A DNA stretch of 64,000 nucleotides from Cirrosporium novae-zelandiae (taxonomy: Eukaryota). The stretch's first letter is position 1. Each line of letters opens with the position of its first letter. Where the stretch lies: the NCBI GenBank assembly GCA_026023565.1, contig JAPETS010000005.1, positions 806,001 through 870,000 of the forward strand. Reading direction: 5' to 3'. A program made the translations under genes and the position numbers. Positions 1 through 12,793 of this stretch are shown in pieces. A model generated the notes under the pieces. That model searched no databases. It had not been told where the DNA came from and saw only the letters and a program-made list of their open reading frames with translations.

Positions 1-575
1 ATACAAAACTCTTATACTTCTCCACCTGAAGACAAAGTTCATCATTCTGCCATGAGACAAATAGAGAATCAGGATTGAATAAGGCCCATAACTGGGCCTA
101 TAGTAAAGTAATCAATAGGGCATGAGTGAAGGTTTGGAGCCGTTGGAGGCTGAACAACAAGAAAACCAAGGATGGAAGAGATTAGTTTGATCCTTCCGGA
201 ATCCTTCGGCCGACTTTGGTAGCAGACGCAGGAACTTGTCATGATTGCCAAACATTGTGGAGGATTGACGGCTGATTCAATGGGCGATGAATAGGTGATG
301 GAAAGAGGCTATGATTTCAATAAGTTGGATGGAGAGGTAAGGCAGATCTGGACAGGTTAACACAGCAGGACCTGATCTTAGCGTTCAGGACGGACGAAAA
401 GGCAATCTAAGCTTCAAAGTTAATTGGAATATTAATTCTTCATTAATTATTCATACTGGCGGAAAACTGTATCTAATAGAACCTTGACATTTCTATTCTG
501 ACTAGCTAATTATCTGTCCCATCAAAGGACACTTGACCACTGGTACAATATCTTGCAGAACGCCCACGCCAGCTC

Positions 576-1442
576 CTACAAGTACGAAAGGTCACATTCT
601 TCGCAGAGATAAAGGGCCCTCAAATCATTTCTCTTTTGTAAGCAGGCACCGCATTGTTCAACGCGGCCCGTTCTGGGCCAGGGGAGATTAAGAGGGTGAC
701 CATGGATTTGATCACAGATATCAAGAGCAAGCTGAGGTCTGCGTCTCAAAAGATCTCGGCCGTCGCTGAGCTTCAACCAAGAAGACATGAATTCTTTACT
801 GGTGGACTTTATGACATCGCGAAGACCGCGATCCGCATGTGGTGTCGAATCGTAGACCAGTTTGATTACACTGACTATGTAATCAGAGCACGTCTTGAAA
901 TAAGGTTGTTTCGAGGCGCTTTCGAGACTGTCTATGAATTTCTCTTTGCTAAGTTCCTTCAGACGCCAAATACGGTATTTACCCCCGAGTGCATACATGT
1001 GCGCGTCGACTAGAGGAGCTATTACCATTGACTTTTCATCGGTGGCACCTTCCATGTTAATGGATATCTCGGGTATATCCAGCTTGGATTCGTAGTTCAA
1101 AGTGTATAGGAATATGATCATCTGCTCGACAAACGGCAAAAGATCGTCGTCGAGAACTATTACTCCCTCCTCTATTGGGTTAGAGCAAGCTCCATTGAGA
1201 ATAGTAGATTGCGAGCACACAACAACTCGGTGAACCCTCCATTCAGTGCTTTTGCATCTGATGGTGGAATCACAGAAATGAGAGTCCTTGAAAAGCCTAA
1301 TTGTTGACCAGTGTTATATTAGCATTGACTATCATGATTATATTTGGGCGCATTTGAAAGCTCACTTGAAAATGCCTTTGAGGACGCTCTTATGGTGTTG
1401 GCGGACTATTGCTACCAGCTCCTTACTGATGAAAATTGGCAT
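576..1442 (-). CDS. BTB/POZ-domain protein (2 exons; intron about 1297-1365)
   Basis: ATG at 1442 and a GTGAG...TAG intron lead into RLFKDSHFCDSTIRCKSTEWRVHRVVVCSQS...LDDD...MIIFLYTLNY...MYALGGKYRI, the typical fungal BTB pattern. Joins ORF 576..1220. Confidence 0.85.
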
Positions 1443-1640
1443 TTTGTAACAGAGGGATAACCTTCGTCAAAAGAGCTTGAGCGTTAAGAGGATTCGATCA
1501 AGAAATAAGTGATAGTATACCTAGAGTCTTCGAAGAAAAGAAGGAAGATAAAAGAGGGAGATGCTGCGGCTATTTTTATTTGGAACATTTGAATACTAGA
1601 AGGGGCTCTGGAGAAAATCCGTTTAAGCAAGCACTTGTCT

Positions 1641-2478
1641 TTACGCTTTCCCAATCCATTCAACAACCCTCCTCCAAATCTCCACCCCATCGCTCTCCTT
1701 CTCCATCTTCTTCTTCAGTTCCTTCAATGCCCCTCCATCCATCCCCTCTGTATACTCGGACGCATTTTCTAAGATCATCTTTGCTAGCTCGGTCGTCATT
1801 TCAGGATGTCCTTGGAAGGTAAGGATCCGATTGTCGCTGCGAAGAAAGATCTGGTGATTTTCTGCGAGCGGTTGCATGTGAAGGGCGGGGACAGCAACAA
1901 TACGGCGGTGGAATTCATGCATGTTTAAGACGGGCTTGAGGCTTGAGGAGGTGGTAGTGATGGTGGTGAAGGGGAAGAAGTTTTGGCCGAGGGGAGTGAG
2001 AGGGATGGTTGTGACGCCGATCTAGGAAGCATTGAAGTTAATACAGTCTTTGAATGGGCTACAATATTCCTATCCATGCGTGCAAATATGTACTCACTTC
2101 CGGTCCCTCCTCCCCCATCATCTTTACCGTCCCTCCCAACGCCATATTCAGAGCCTGATGGCCCCAGCAAATGCCGATAATTTTGGTCTGGCCACCCTCC
2201 TCACTACACACCCTCCTTAAAAACTTTAGCATTTTTAGGACCCATGGGTTGTCTCCGTTGATGTCCGTTGTGCCCCCACTAAGGATGACAGCATCGTATT
2301 TGTCTGAAAGATCAGGGTAAGATTGTTTTTCAATAGGATCGAAGAATGTTACTTTAGCGGATGGGGATACGGCTTTGAGGATATTGGAGAAGGAGGTGAT
2401 GGTGTGGAGTTGGAGGGGGGAGGGGAAGGTGTTGATGAGGATGGCGATGTGGAGAGGCTTTTGGGAGATTGAGCCCAT
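1641..2478 (-). CDS. Class I glutamine amidotransferase-like protein (intron 2022-2097)
   Basis: Catalytic motifs GICWGHQ and FQGHPE. A GTGAGT...TAG intron joins ORFs 2059..2478 and 1641..1922 in frame via IGVTTIPLT. Confidence 0.9.
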
Positions 2479-2815
2479 GGTTATTATGGGGCGGGATGCT
2501 CTCGGTAGAATCTATGGAGGTTGAAGGTCGATTTTAGATGGCTTCCGTGTGAGTCTTTTATTTGGGTTAATAAAATCAATCATCTTTGTCGATTACCGTC
2601 CTTTTGTTTTGCTAGGAATAATCGCTGTAGTTTGATGAACGATCGATCGGAGTTAACCATCCCCCCCCTTATTACCTAGGTACTTAGATAACGATAAGAT
2701 TAAAAAGGCCGAATCAATATTCCGAACAACCAAACCCTAAGTTTTATGACTCCATCTAACAACATATTACCATCCATATAAAATCAGAAAGAATTCCCTT
2801 CATTGCTACATTTTC

Positions 2816-4677
2816 TCAAATGACTCCCCAGCTTCCCAAGGGATCAACCCCTCCGTTGTTCTGCCGTTCTCTTTGCAATCTATTAACTCGCTTGACCAAT
2901 GTGCCAACAGTGATAGGTCCAGTAATAGTACACAGTACAATTGCCCATATCACCACTAAGTAGGTTTTTGAATTACCTGATGACAAAGGATCGGAGGAAA
3001 ATATCCCAGTTGTCTCCGCCAGAGAAGCGATGAGGAACCCAATCTCACCCCGTGAGACCATGGCCGAACCTAGGATGGACGCTGGGTAGAGAGAACGTGG
3101 CTTTCCTATTATGGGACGGCGGATTTGTTGTGGGGTTGGCTGAACGTGCGAGATGGTGGATTGGCTGTGTTCGGGGGAACTTGAAACCTTTCTTGGATGC
3201 AATTCTCCAGCATTTACATCTTGCTGGGGTTCTTGCTTGGAGGGGCTTAAAGGAGCCTGCCATTTCTTAGGTAGCCAACAGCACCATTTTGGGAACCTTG
3301 TCACAATATTCAGGAATTTTTGAGCCGAGGGTAGGGAAACGGAGAACCGGATGAGCCAAAGTGCTGTCATGAGTTTTCCTAAATGCATCAAAATTGCATA
3401 GATAACACTCCTCCAAATTATATTCTTAGTGAACATCTTTGTAACTGGTATGGCAAAACCGATAGATACCTACGAGTGAGTCATCGTTAGCAGCTTCTTG
3501 GAGGGAGGATACTTAAGGTTAGGCGTAACATACAAAGAAGAAAGGTTTCAAGATCTTCGAGACAACAACGGAGTAATAGGTTTCGTAGGTTGATATTCCT
3601 GTTGAATTTCTTTGTATAGCTGTTTGTTGCTGTGTTGGGGGTATCGAGCTGGATGAATGACTGGATTCTCGATCATCTGCGCCCCTATTGCTGGTTTGTT
3701 AGTTATTCCTAGAATATGGGGAGGTCTCGTACTCGTCTATGGTAACACCAGGTTGATCGCTTGTAGAACTGTCACGTTTGCTAGAGACTAACAAATCCCA
3801 CCAACTGATAGATGCTCCAGCAAGGTAAGCAGCAAACAGACCCGAAGTACCTGCAAACGTAGCCCCGGAAACGAGTCCAAATAATATAGAAGTATGGACA
3901 AAGAAGGCACTGTACGTTTGTTTAAAGACCATATTTAGTATTCGATCTGGAATTCTGGTGTGCAATGGCATCAAAATAAATCGACAGACCAGAACCAATA
4001 CTATTACCAGAGCAAAAGATACCATGATTGGCTTGATAATAGTGACGGCTTTCAAAGCGGAAGCTGATTGTCCTAAATTAGATATCACTTGGACCATAAT
4101 GAGACCAACAACGTCGTCCATCATAGCTGCACTACTTAGAACCGTCCCGAGTCTCGTCTTTGTCAATCCAGTAGTCCCGAGGATAGTGAAAGTAGTCCCT
4201 AGACTCGTTGAACATAATGCAGCCCCAGCCGCAAATGATTGTAGAGTCGTCGCCCCAGTAAGAGCTCTGAGTGAAAATGAGAAGGCAATCGGAAGACTAA
4301 TGCCTGTTATTGCGACTGCAGTGGAGAGAATAGCATTTGCTTTCAAAGATATGAAGTCGGTGGACAGGCCTCCTATACGGCCAGTGTTAACATTGTCATA
4401 AGTAATATATGCATAAATCATTACCTTCATAAACAAGCAAAATTAGGCCAAGATAACCAAGCTGTACAATAACTTCTTCAGCAGTAGAGCTTAGCCATCT
4501 TGTACCAGGAATACCCCAAGCAACTCCAATCAATATTTCTCCAATTAGACCACAATAAATGAGTTTATCAAATACATGATTTATAATATTAAGGAGAAGA
4601 AGAAAAGAAGACTGAACAAGAATCGTTATTATATCCGGTTCGTGATAGGTTAAAGCTGCGTCAGTCGATTGGGACAT
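2816..4677 (-). CDS. Cation/H+ antiporter (Na+/H+ exchanger family, CPA2-like); in-frame TAA at 3699-3701 is either intronic or a nonsense lesion
   Basis: Motifs YHEP, LGYLGLILLVYEGGL, GAALCSTSLGTT, AAMMDDVVGL, KPFFF|VSIGFAIP, AMVSRGEIGFLIAS. Introns 4373-4424 and about 3470-3533. Confidence 0.85.
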
Positions 4678-5029
4678 TATAAACTGTCGTCTGCTTCTGG
4701 GATTTAGAGTCGGTCTTAAAGAATCGTAGAAAATGATGTCGTACAATAATATTTCCACTTAACCATAAATGGTAGTATGCTTACTATGAATAATGCACAA
4801 TAGACAAAGTCCTCTTAACATTATTTTCACTGGTATCAAATTACAAAATATACCGCAGCCGGTAATTATGAAATTGACTGATACAAACACTCGCGTGCTT
4901 TATCCCTATTGGGTAATTAATAATATGGGTGCCTTGGGCTGAAAATTGCTGGTGTCTGCGAAACGATGCTGTCGCCCACTCTCAATCTTTCAAAAAATTA
5001 AATTTCTATATGATTTACAATAAACTATT

Positions 5030-7172
5030 ATGTCACGACCTCATTCTACGCTCTCTCGAGACGACTCAGCCTCGGATAGATACTCTTTCGAGCTCTCAGT
5101 CAGATCATCTCAAATATCTAGATTGGAACCCATTCGCATAAAGCGCAGATTTGAAGATGCTGCTGAGCGTCTCCGAGGCCGTGGCAAACTAAAGGCACTA
5201 CCAGTGGGGGCTCTTCTGTCGAAATCATTTGAGTAATCAGTATGACTATCTACTGACGACTATTATCCCAGACATTGTCTGAATCTGTTCAAGCTCGTGC
5301 CAGCGAGCCTGGGACTTCCACAACTCATGAAAACAACCTGAATCAAGCGACTCCGCAAGGCTTACCTCGAAGAGAGCCGCAGGTAGTTGCAAATGGGCAT
5401 ACCCCGCTGCTGCCTGCTAGGACCGACGACCAATTCCGAAATGATGATTGTTCTGGTTTGAAAAAATGGTCTAAACACGCCCTGCGCCTAACTTGGATCG
5501 TCCTCTTTTCTAATTATGCAAATTTGCTGCTCCTTCTGATCCCATTTGCTTTCGTGGGGCGTGCACTTTGTTGGCCTAATGAAGCTGTTTTAATTTTGAA
5601 TGGTGTTATCATGTTACCCTTTACGCTGGTTCGTGTACACCCTGCTGACCACGTTGGCAATGGACCGAGTACTAAATTGTTGATAGATGGTCGCAATAGC
5701 TACCGAGCAATTAGGAACTAGACTTGGCTTAGGATTTGGTTAGTAGCTAAGATATATGTTTATACAGAGTACAGCTGACATTAAAGTTTCTTGGTAGCTG
5801 GCGTACTCAGTTACAGCTTTTCAAATGCAGGAACAATCATAGTATCTTGTGTTCTCCTTAACAGAGGCGAAACTCTTGTGGTCCAAACCTCCCTTCTAGG
5901 TGCCATCGTGTTTAATCTTTTGGCTATTATGAGTTGCCAATACGTGGCCGGTGGCATCGCATATAGTGAACAAGATTTTAACAGCACAGTAGCCAATGTC
6001 AATGGCTCTGTTCTACCCCTCTCGGCAAGTAGCATTACCCTTCCGGCCATACTTCGACAAGTTCAAGGCGAAGAAAGCGTCGTCGTTGTTAGCCGGCAAC
6101 TCGCTATATCTTCCTTAGTTATTTATGTAGCGCTTTTGTTTTTCCAGGTAAGTCGCAACAGTTATTAATTATATTATTGCACACAACCTATGTAGTGATT
6201 AATCTGACCTGCTCATCTTCAGTCTAAAACACATGCTTCTTTTTATGACCCAGAGGGCGCTTGGGATAGTATTATCGAAGAAAGAGAGTCAGAGCTCCGA
6301 ATGCTCTCACCCCCCCCTGCATTTATCTTGCTTATAGCTGCTACGGCCATGTTAACAGCTGCCACTGAATTTTTCGTCGATGCTCTAAATGACGCAACAG
6401 CACACCACTCCATCAGCCGAACATTTATTGGTTTCATTTTTCTACCACTAGTGAGCAACGCCATGTCATATATTACGGAAGTAAGTTTATATTCAGCATA
6501 ATAAATGACCCTGGAGGGTTGATCTGATCCGAACCAATACTCTCAAGGTCCGCGATGCTTGGAAAAACAAAATGGACAAGGCCTCTATCATGTCCATAGG
6601 CTGCTCGATCCAAATAGCCCTCTTTATCATACCTGTAACCGTACTGGTTGGATGGGGCATTGGCAAAGACATGACCTTATAGGATTTACTATTGATCTTA
6701 TCAAAAGGCTAATGATAAAACGAGTAAGCAACTGACGCTAACTCTACAGAAATTTCGACGTTTTTCTCAACGCCAGCGCATTCATCGCTATCCTCCTCCT
6801 CAACTCGGTTACCCAAGTATGCTTTCCCATTTCCCGGCCAAGTTGGATAAAAATTATTTACCTAGCCATTGAATCTACAAACATGAAAACTCCCTATGCT
6901 GATTTAAACTTCCACGGAATGGGAAATCGAATTTTCTTGAGGGATTACTCTTATTGCTATTTAGGAATAGCGTGAGTGAGGCCCCCGAACGACACGAAGT
7001 GCTTTAGTTCAGTTCGTCTATCGATATGTACGCCTTGTCCTACTGACTTTTAAGCAGAGTCGGAGCGTACTATTACCCTGCAGGCCCTGGGGACAGAGAA
7101 CGTGGCCGACATACCCCCATAAATATAATATACAATGAGCCTCACGACAGAAGAACTAAGATGAGATCATGA
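5030..7172 (+). pseudogene. Ca2+/H+ exchanger (CAX/Vcx1-like), multi-exon, probably non-functional
   Basis: Exons read NLLLLLIPFA, VVQTSLLGAIVFNLL, FFQ|SKTH, FIGFIFLPLVSNA, KNKMD..IGCSIQIALF, MTLNFD, GKSNFLEG. The expected donor at 6679 is AT and the expected acceptor at 6916-6917 is GG. Start and end are approximate. Confidence 0.75.
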
Positions 7173-7413
7173 TAAAAAATATGTTTCATGCAAAAATATT
7201 TTAATCATATGAAGTGTAAGTCTACGGGATCGCTCATATTTCTACATAGGGACATTTTTTTCCCCAAGGAGATCAGGGCTTATAATAAAGGTTAAACATA
7301 ACTCGAACAACAACAGGGCATTTCCTTCCCTAGAACACCTACCACTGTATAACCCCCTCCAACCTCTATCTATCATATCCCCTCCCATCCCCCAATCCAA
7401 TCTAATCCTCCTC

Positions 7414-7579
7414 CAGTGTTGTCGATAGACTGAACCAAATAGACGGTCTACCATAGACAGTCTATAGACCTTAGACCGACCAAACTAAGCTTTTGGATAG
7501 ACCAGACGGGCCTCGGATTTTGACAGACCGACCAGACCAAGAGGGTCGGTCTAGTCGGTCTAGTCTATTCACAACACTG
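7414..7579. mobile_element. MITE-like element with CAGTGTTGT terminal inverted repeats (hAT-like)
   Basis: Left end CAGTGTTGTcgATAGACT; right end reverse-complements to CAGTGTTGTgaATAGACT. Interior has repeated AGACCGACC/GGTCGGTCT motifs. No target-site duplication seen. Confidence 0.7.
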
Positions 7580-7708
7580 ACAACAGTTTCTTTCCGAATA
7601 TGTGTCAAAGTCTAAGTCTAAGCAGGATTTGCCCGTTAGGTGCCAAATAAACAAGGTCGTTAAAGGAACTTAATAATCCAGATACTATAAAACTAGCGAG
7701 TGCCCCCG

Positions 7709-9265
7709 CTAGTCTTTTGGCACAAAAGTAAATCTGGACTTCTCCCTCAGCTTCAGACCATACTTCATAAACAGAAGTGGAACTGGCAAAGCCAAGCACG
7801 ATATGCCGCCTAGGAGATTAGATGCCGGCGCAACCCCCAAGGTTTCAAACATTGGATGGGCGGCTATGGGGAGCGCACATGTAAGTACTGAACGGAGAAT
7901 GGTGCTCGCCGACACTGCGCTGGCAGTATAAAAGCTGTAGCTATCCACCAGATAATTGAGGCATTGTTGGAAGACAACGTTGAAACCAGCTCCAATGAAA
8001 CCTGTTGCTCTCTGGTCAGAAATATGTAACTAACCCTCTTGAGAAAATTTTTTACAAGGAACTTTTACCTGCTGCAACCACGGGTGATGCCCAAGGATAT
8101 TCGGGAGATGCTGTCCAACCAAACCAAAACAATCCACCCGAGAGCATGATCCCGCCAACTACTATGGGAGCTAGGCGGGCCTCAGGCACTGCCTTGCCAT
8201 TGTTCTTCCTCACAGCCGATTTATATCGTGGCTGGTTGGCAAGATTTATAAATGATGACAATTGCACGCCGACAAAAATTCCCAAGAAAGGCAAGGTTGA
8301 TCGGAACAAACTCTAGCCCCGGTGCTCCCTAAAAACGATCGGAAAGACTTCTAAGGTGAGATAAATGAGGCTGTAGGTAAAGGAGGCGTAGAGTGTAGTG
8401 CATGTGACCAATGGCTCGGTGATAAGCATGCTGTTATAACCCTCTTAGCAATTTTCTTCCAAGGAGTATAAAACGCAAACATGGTTCATCCTACTCACTG
8501 CAATGGACGGCTGAGATGTTTGGTGAGGGCGTTGCTCATATCTATCTTCTCTTTTTCATGTGGATGCCAGTATCGCGAATCGCCTGTGCTCTTGCGCATC
8601 TGTTGTGCCTTTCGTTTTAATAGGACTGGAGTATAGGTTTCCGGTAAACAGACCAAACAGAGAGCAAAAAGCGTAAATACAAAAATGGCTTCAATGTACG
8701 CCGTCCCTAAAGCCCTATCAGTCGATACAATGAAACAACAGGGAGTTTTCATAGCTAAAATCTTACAGCGCCATCCTAGATGAGGGTTTATCGTTAACGC
8801 AGAACCAAAGATGGGCCCAAGAGTTGGGCCTCCCGTAATACATATGGAAACAAATGTCATGGCGGTTTCTCGTGTCTCCGGCTCATAGATATCGCCCACG
8901 GCCGCAGGAACGTTACTTATGGGAGCAGAAGCAAAGATGCCACCAAGAAAACGCGTCAGGAAAACGCTTGTAGCATTCGTGCTCGCTGCCGTCCCAATGC
9001 TGAACAGACCCAGGATGAAGATAGCGGGCAGCATTCCCATTCTACGGCCATATACTTCACTTATTGGTGCCCAAATCATCGGACCGAACGCCCACCCTGT
9101 GAGAAGTTAGTACCGTCATGTCTATTGAATAGGACTTAATTTGACAAACCCAGAATGAACAGTTCCACCGTCAGAGATACGGTTTCCACACTCACATTCA
9201 CGTATTCCGCAAGAACTTTCTCGGCTGGGGGAGATGATCGAAGATCCTAGCGAGCCGGTCATGCA
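7709..9265 (-). pseudogene. MFS drug/polyamine:H+ antiporter (DHA1-like) pseudogene
   Basis: Motifs WAPISEVYGRR, RFLGGIFASAP, LPETYTPVLLKRKA, PEARLAP, YTASAVSA. In-frame TAG at 8313-8315 where homologues have Trp (RG*S), a +1 frameshift in a G5 run at about 9227-9231, and the N-terminus is missing. Confidence 0.85.
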
Positions 9266-10076
9266 AAGCAGACGTGAAAAGAGTTATAAGGTTGGGCGTT
9301 TGTTTAATATGAGCAAGTTGGGGATAGAAACTAGGGCCTAAGGCAGCTAGCAGCTCGAGGGAAACCATGAATTTGTATTGAATGCCCGAAGTTGTCTTTA
9401 TTTGTTTGTATAGATCCAGAATCCTAGGAAAGTTTATTCTATATAATTACAAAGGCTGCAAGGTTCAGACTAGCCTGAAAGGGATATGATGTTAATACCT
9501 CAGGCAGCGAGAAAAATCGAACAACTCTTTCATAGTACTGTATAGTTCTAAATATTCAAGTTAGAACACTTGGCAAGAATTAATTCTTAGGGTAGCCGCA
9601 AGTGTCGAGTATTCACTGGTGTTAACCCTATATTTTTAGGGCAATTAATATTGATTTTTTTTTTCTACACTACACTATACTACACTGACCCAAGAAAAAA
9701 AAATTAGTAGTGTCAGTATTGAAAAAAAAAAGTCACTACTTACTCAACACTACTACGGGCCATTCTACACACAGTGTGGTTTCTTAGACCCGTTTTGTGC
9801 GAGGACAACCTGGTAGTAACCGAGCATCCCTGCGTAGCGAGAATCCCCTGAGCATATAAGTACGAAAGGTAGGTAGACAATAATGAGTCGCAATTTGTGT
9901 AACAGCCGGCGCCCCGTTGAGAATATGAGTTGCCAGCGCGTGCGAATCGGTCCTCCCTCAGTTCTAGTTCAAGAAAGTAATACAAATGCCACTTTTGTCT
10001 AGCCAATTTAATATTTTGCTATCTTAGCCGATATCCAAACATCCCCTCGAAAAGATGCAGGCCAACGACTTCTTGT

Positions 10077-11090
10077 TTGACTTATGATCCGGAGCTTGCC
10101 CTACCAATAAGTGAACTCCATCCTAGGCCTACAAGCAGCATGAGGGAATTCATTACCGTAGTACGGAACGCCTATGCGGTTATCCCCACAGAAGACATTA
10201 CCGCCAATCTTCAACATCACGGAATCAATTGCCGAGATGAGACTATTGAAGTATCTGGAAATACTGTTGTCAAAATCGCGATTTTGTCCTCCTCAGCCTC
10301 AAACTCAGCCTCTTTACGCTGCGGATTAGTGTGGTATCACGGGGATGGTGGGGTCAGCGGTAACCGATTTGGAGGTCTTCGTTATGTTACGGACCTTATC
10401 CAGATCTTTGGCATTATCGTCATTTCTGTCGAATATAGGCTTGCACCAGAGCATCCTACCCCAGTTCCCCAGGACGACTGCTATGCGGCGCTCACTTGGG
10501 CCGCGAGGTCGATGTATGATTTGGGTATTGATCCAGAAAGGCTGATGGTTGGAGGCAGCTCCGCGGGAGCTGGCCTTGCCGCCAGCGTGGTACTTCGTGC
10601 CCGTGACGACGGTGGAATCAAGCTGTGCGGACAGTTGCTGATAAACCCCATGCTGGAAGATCGAAATGAGACGGTGCCAAGTTATCGGTGTATAGATGAA
10701 CGTATGTGGGGACGAGCTTCTAGCATTTGCGCATGAACTGCTCTGCTTGGGAATGGTAGTGGAAGTGCAGATGTAAGCCCGTACGTTGCGCCCGCCCGAG
10801 CGAAGGACTTGTCATCCTTGCCATCCCCCTTTATAACAGTGGGATCGGAGGAACCATTTCGAGATGAGGCTAGCATTCACGCTGAGCGGATTCGGGATTC
10901 GTTAGGGTCTGTCGAGATTAATATTTGGAATGGCGCGTATCATGCTTTTGAGAACCTCGCGTCGCAGGCAGAACTGTCCAAATTGGCAGTCAGGACCCGG
11001 AGATTGTGGATAGCTCAAACATTCGGATTGGAAAATCGTTTGAGGGACGATGACCAAACTATGATACAAGGTGGGGATCATCCCATGTAG
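10077..11090 (+). pseudogene. Alpha/beta hydrolase fold-3 (HSL-family esterase) with premature stop
   Basis: Motifs HGDG (HGGG variant), SVEYRLAPEHP, GSSAGAGLA, DVSPYVAPARAKDLSSLP, FRDE, GAYHAFE. In-frame TGA at 10734-10736 (A*TALLG). No in-frame ATG found nearby. Confidence 0.85.
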
Positions 11091-11252
11091 ATTCAATATC
11101 ATGGCTCGCAAGTAGATCGACAATTACTTTCTCTTAAACAAGTAGTCGGACAATTAATCTATCACAGCGCTTTAGATGAAAAAACGATTTGCATAATCTC
11201 AAATTCACAATTAACACCAGCTTTCGGCGACTAAACAACCATAAAATAAGAT

Positions 11253-11723
11253 GTCGGAGCAGCTGTTCTTCGATATGTCTCGGCCTCCCACACGATCCCA
11301 AGCATTCTCCTGCTGAAGAGGGCTGCCCACGAGGTCTATTCCCCTAGCGTCTTCGAACTGCCGAGCAGAAATGTTGACCCAGATGATCCTACCCTCAAGC
11401 ATGCTCTCGTTCGAGAGATGCAGGAAGAGACGGACCTAGAGATCAACGATATCGTCGCCGAATCAAAACCGATGATATTCACGACGGAGAAGGCGGTAGT
11501 CGATAATACTGGTCGAGAAATCCTTGTCTCCAAAAGCTGCATTCAGTTGAATTACGTCGTTTCGGTCTCGGACTCGGACGCTCATGTCAAGCTGAGTGCG
11601 GAGGAGCATTCAGAGAGTACCTGGGCGACGGAAGGAGAGTTGGATAGGCTGGACATCACGAGTGCAATGAGAACTATGATTCGAGAAGCGTTTGGGTGGG
11701 CTGTTACCCAACAACTGGGTTAG
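11253..11723 (+). pseudogene. NUDIX hydrolase, degenerate
   Basis: Reads VGAAVLR..ILLLKRAAHE..FELPSRNVD..ALVREMQEETDL..VKLSAEEHS. Nudix-box glycines are replaced (GG to SR, G to D) and the 5' frame is broken. Confidence 0.7.
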
Positions 11724-12189
11724 AGTGTTTGGGCAAAGTTTAGAGCACATGCATTTATGGAGGCTATCAGGTCATTAGATTGACAAAGTTGGCGGTATGG
11801 AAAGTTCAATGACTGCAATTGAACCTAGACACGTCTAATACTCTTGGTTTCTTTCGAATCTATGCTTTGCTTATGTCTCACCCTGTCAATCCTTGCCAGA
11901 CCTGCGATTCCGGACAGGATCTCTTGATGAGATATATCATATCTTCAATGATTCTGCTCAACGTTAGCGCTGCATGGAAACGCCAACAGTAGATGATTGT
12001 TAAGAACCTCTTTCTGTAAATAGGACGAGATGGGAAAAGAGTAGAGTCATGGAGATTTAAACGTCTCAAAGCCAATTAACATAGCCCGCTGCTGCCATTA
12101 TTATTTAAAGTTACAAAGAATATCGCTTTATTCTATCATCCTACTGATCTTCTGGCGGAGATACGGGAATCCACTTATGATATGTCTCT

Positions 12190-12670
12190 AATATGCAATA
12201 GTCGAATTTCGACCGTGATGGTCCCCATTCAGCCAGGTCATCTATGATTTCTTTTTGTTAAACTGCAAACATCTTCAATGTATCATTGGCGGAAGACTTA
12301 CACTCATTATGCCCCCAAAAGGAGCAAGCATCGAAAAAAATAATACGATGTGTTGCCGAATCCAGAGCAAAGTTTCCAGACCATAAATCTCCATGATTCA
12401 GACACGGCTTCAGCTTTCGACTCTGATTTTGCAAAGGCCCTAACAAACTGGGGATGACAGACTTAAAGAGGGAATCGCAGAGACCAGTGATCTCGCTGCT
12501 TGTTCCGTTGACGCTTTGCTCAATATCAAAGGAGCGTTGTAGAGCATGAGCAAAGAAGTTTTCCCATGAATCTGTCCATGAATTGTCTTGCCGAAGTGTA
12601 CCATGATAGGTTGGAGCTTGGAAGCCAAATTTTCCATTCGGTGATTCGCGATTCTGGTGAAGCCGGGCTT
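12190..12670 (-). pseudogene. Fructosamine/ketosamine-3-kinase fragment
   Basis: Reads SPNGKFGFQAPTYHG..QDNSWTDSWENFF and KPCLNHGDLWSGN..FDACSFWGHNE in different frames. N-terminal half absent; limits approximate. Confidence 0.8.
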
Positions 12671-12793
12671 AAAGCAGCGGGCTCTTTACAGAAGAGCAGT
12701 TGTAGCCGAGACCTGTTTCCACGGTTCAGTCGTCACTTTCTCCTGGACGCCTGCCTCTCAAGTAAAACATTTATTAAAACGCTTGTAAACTAA

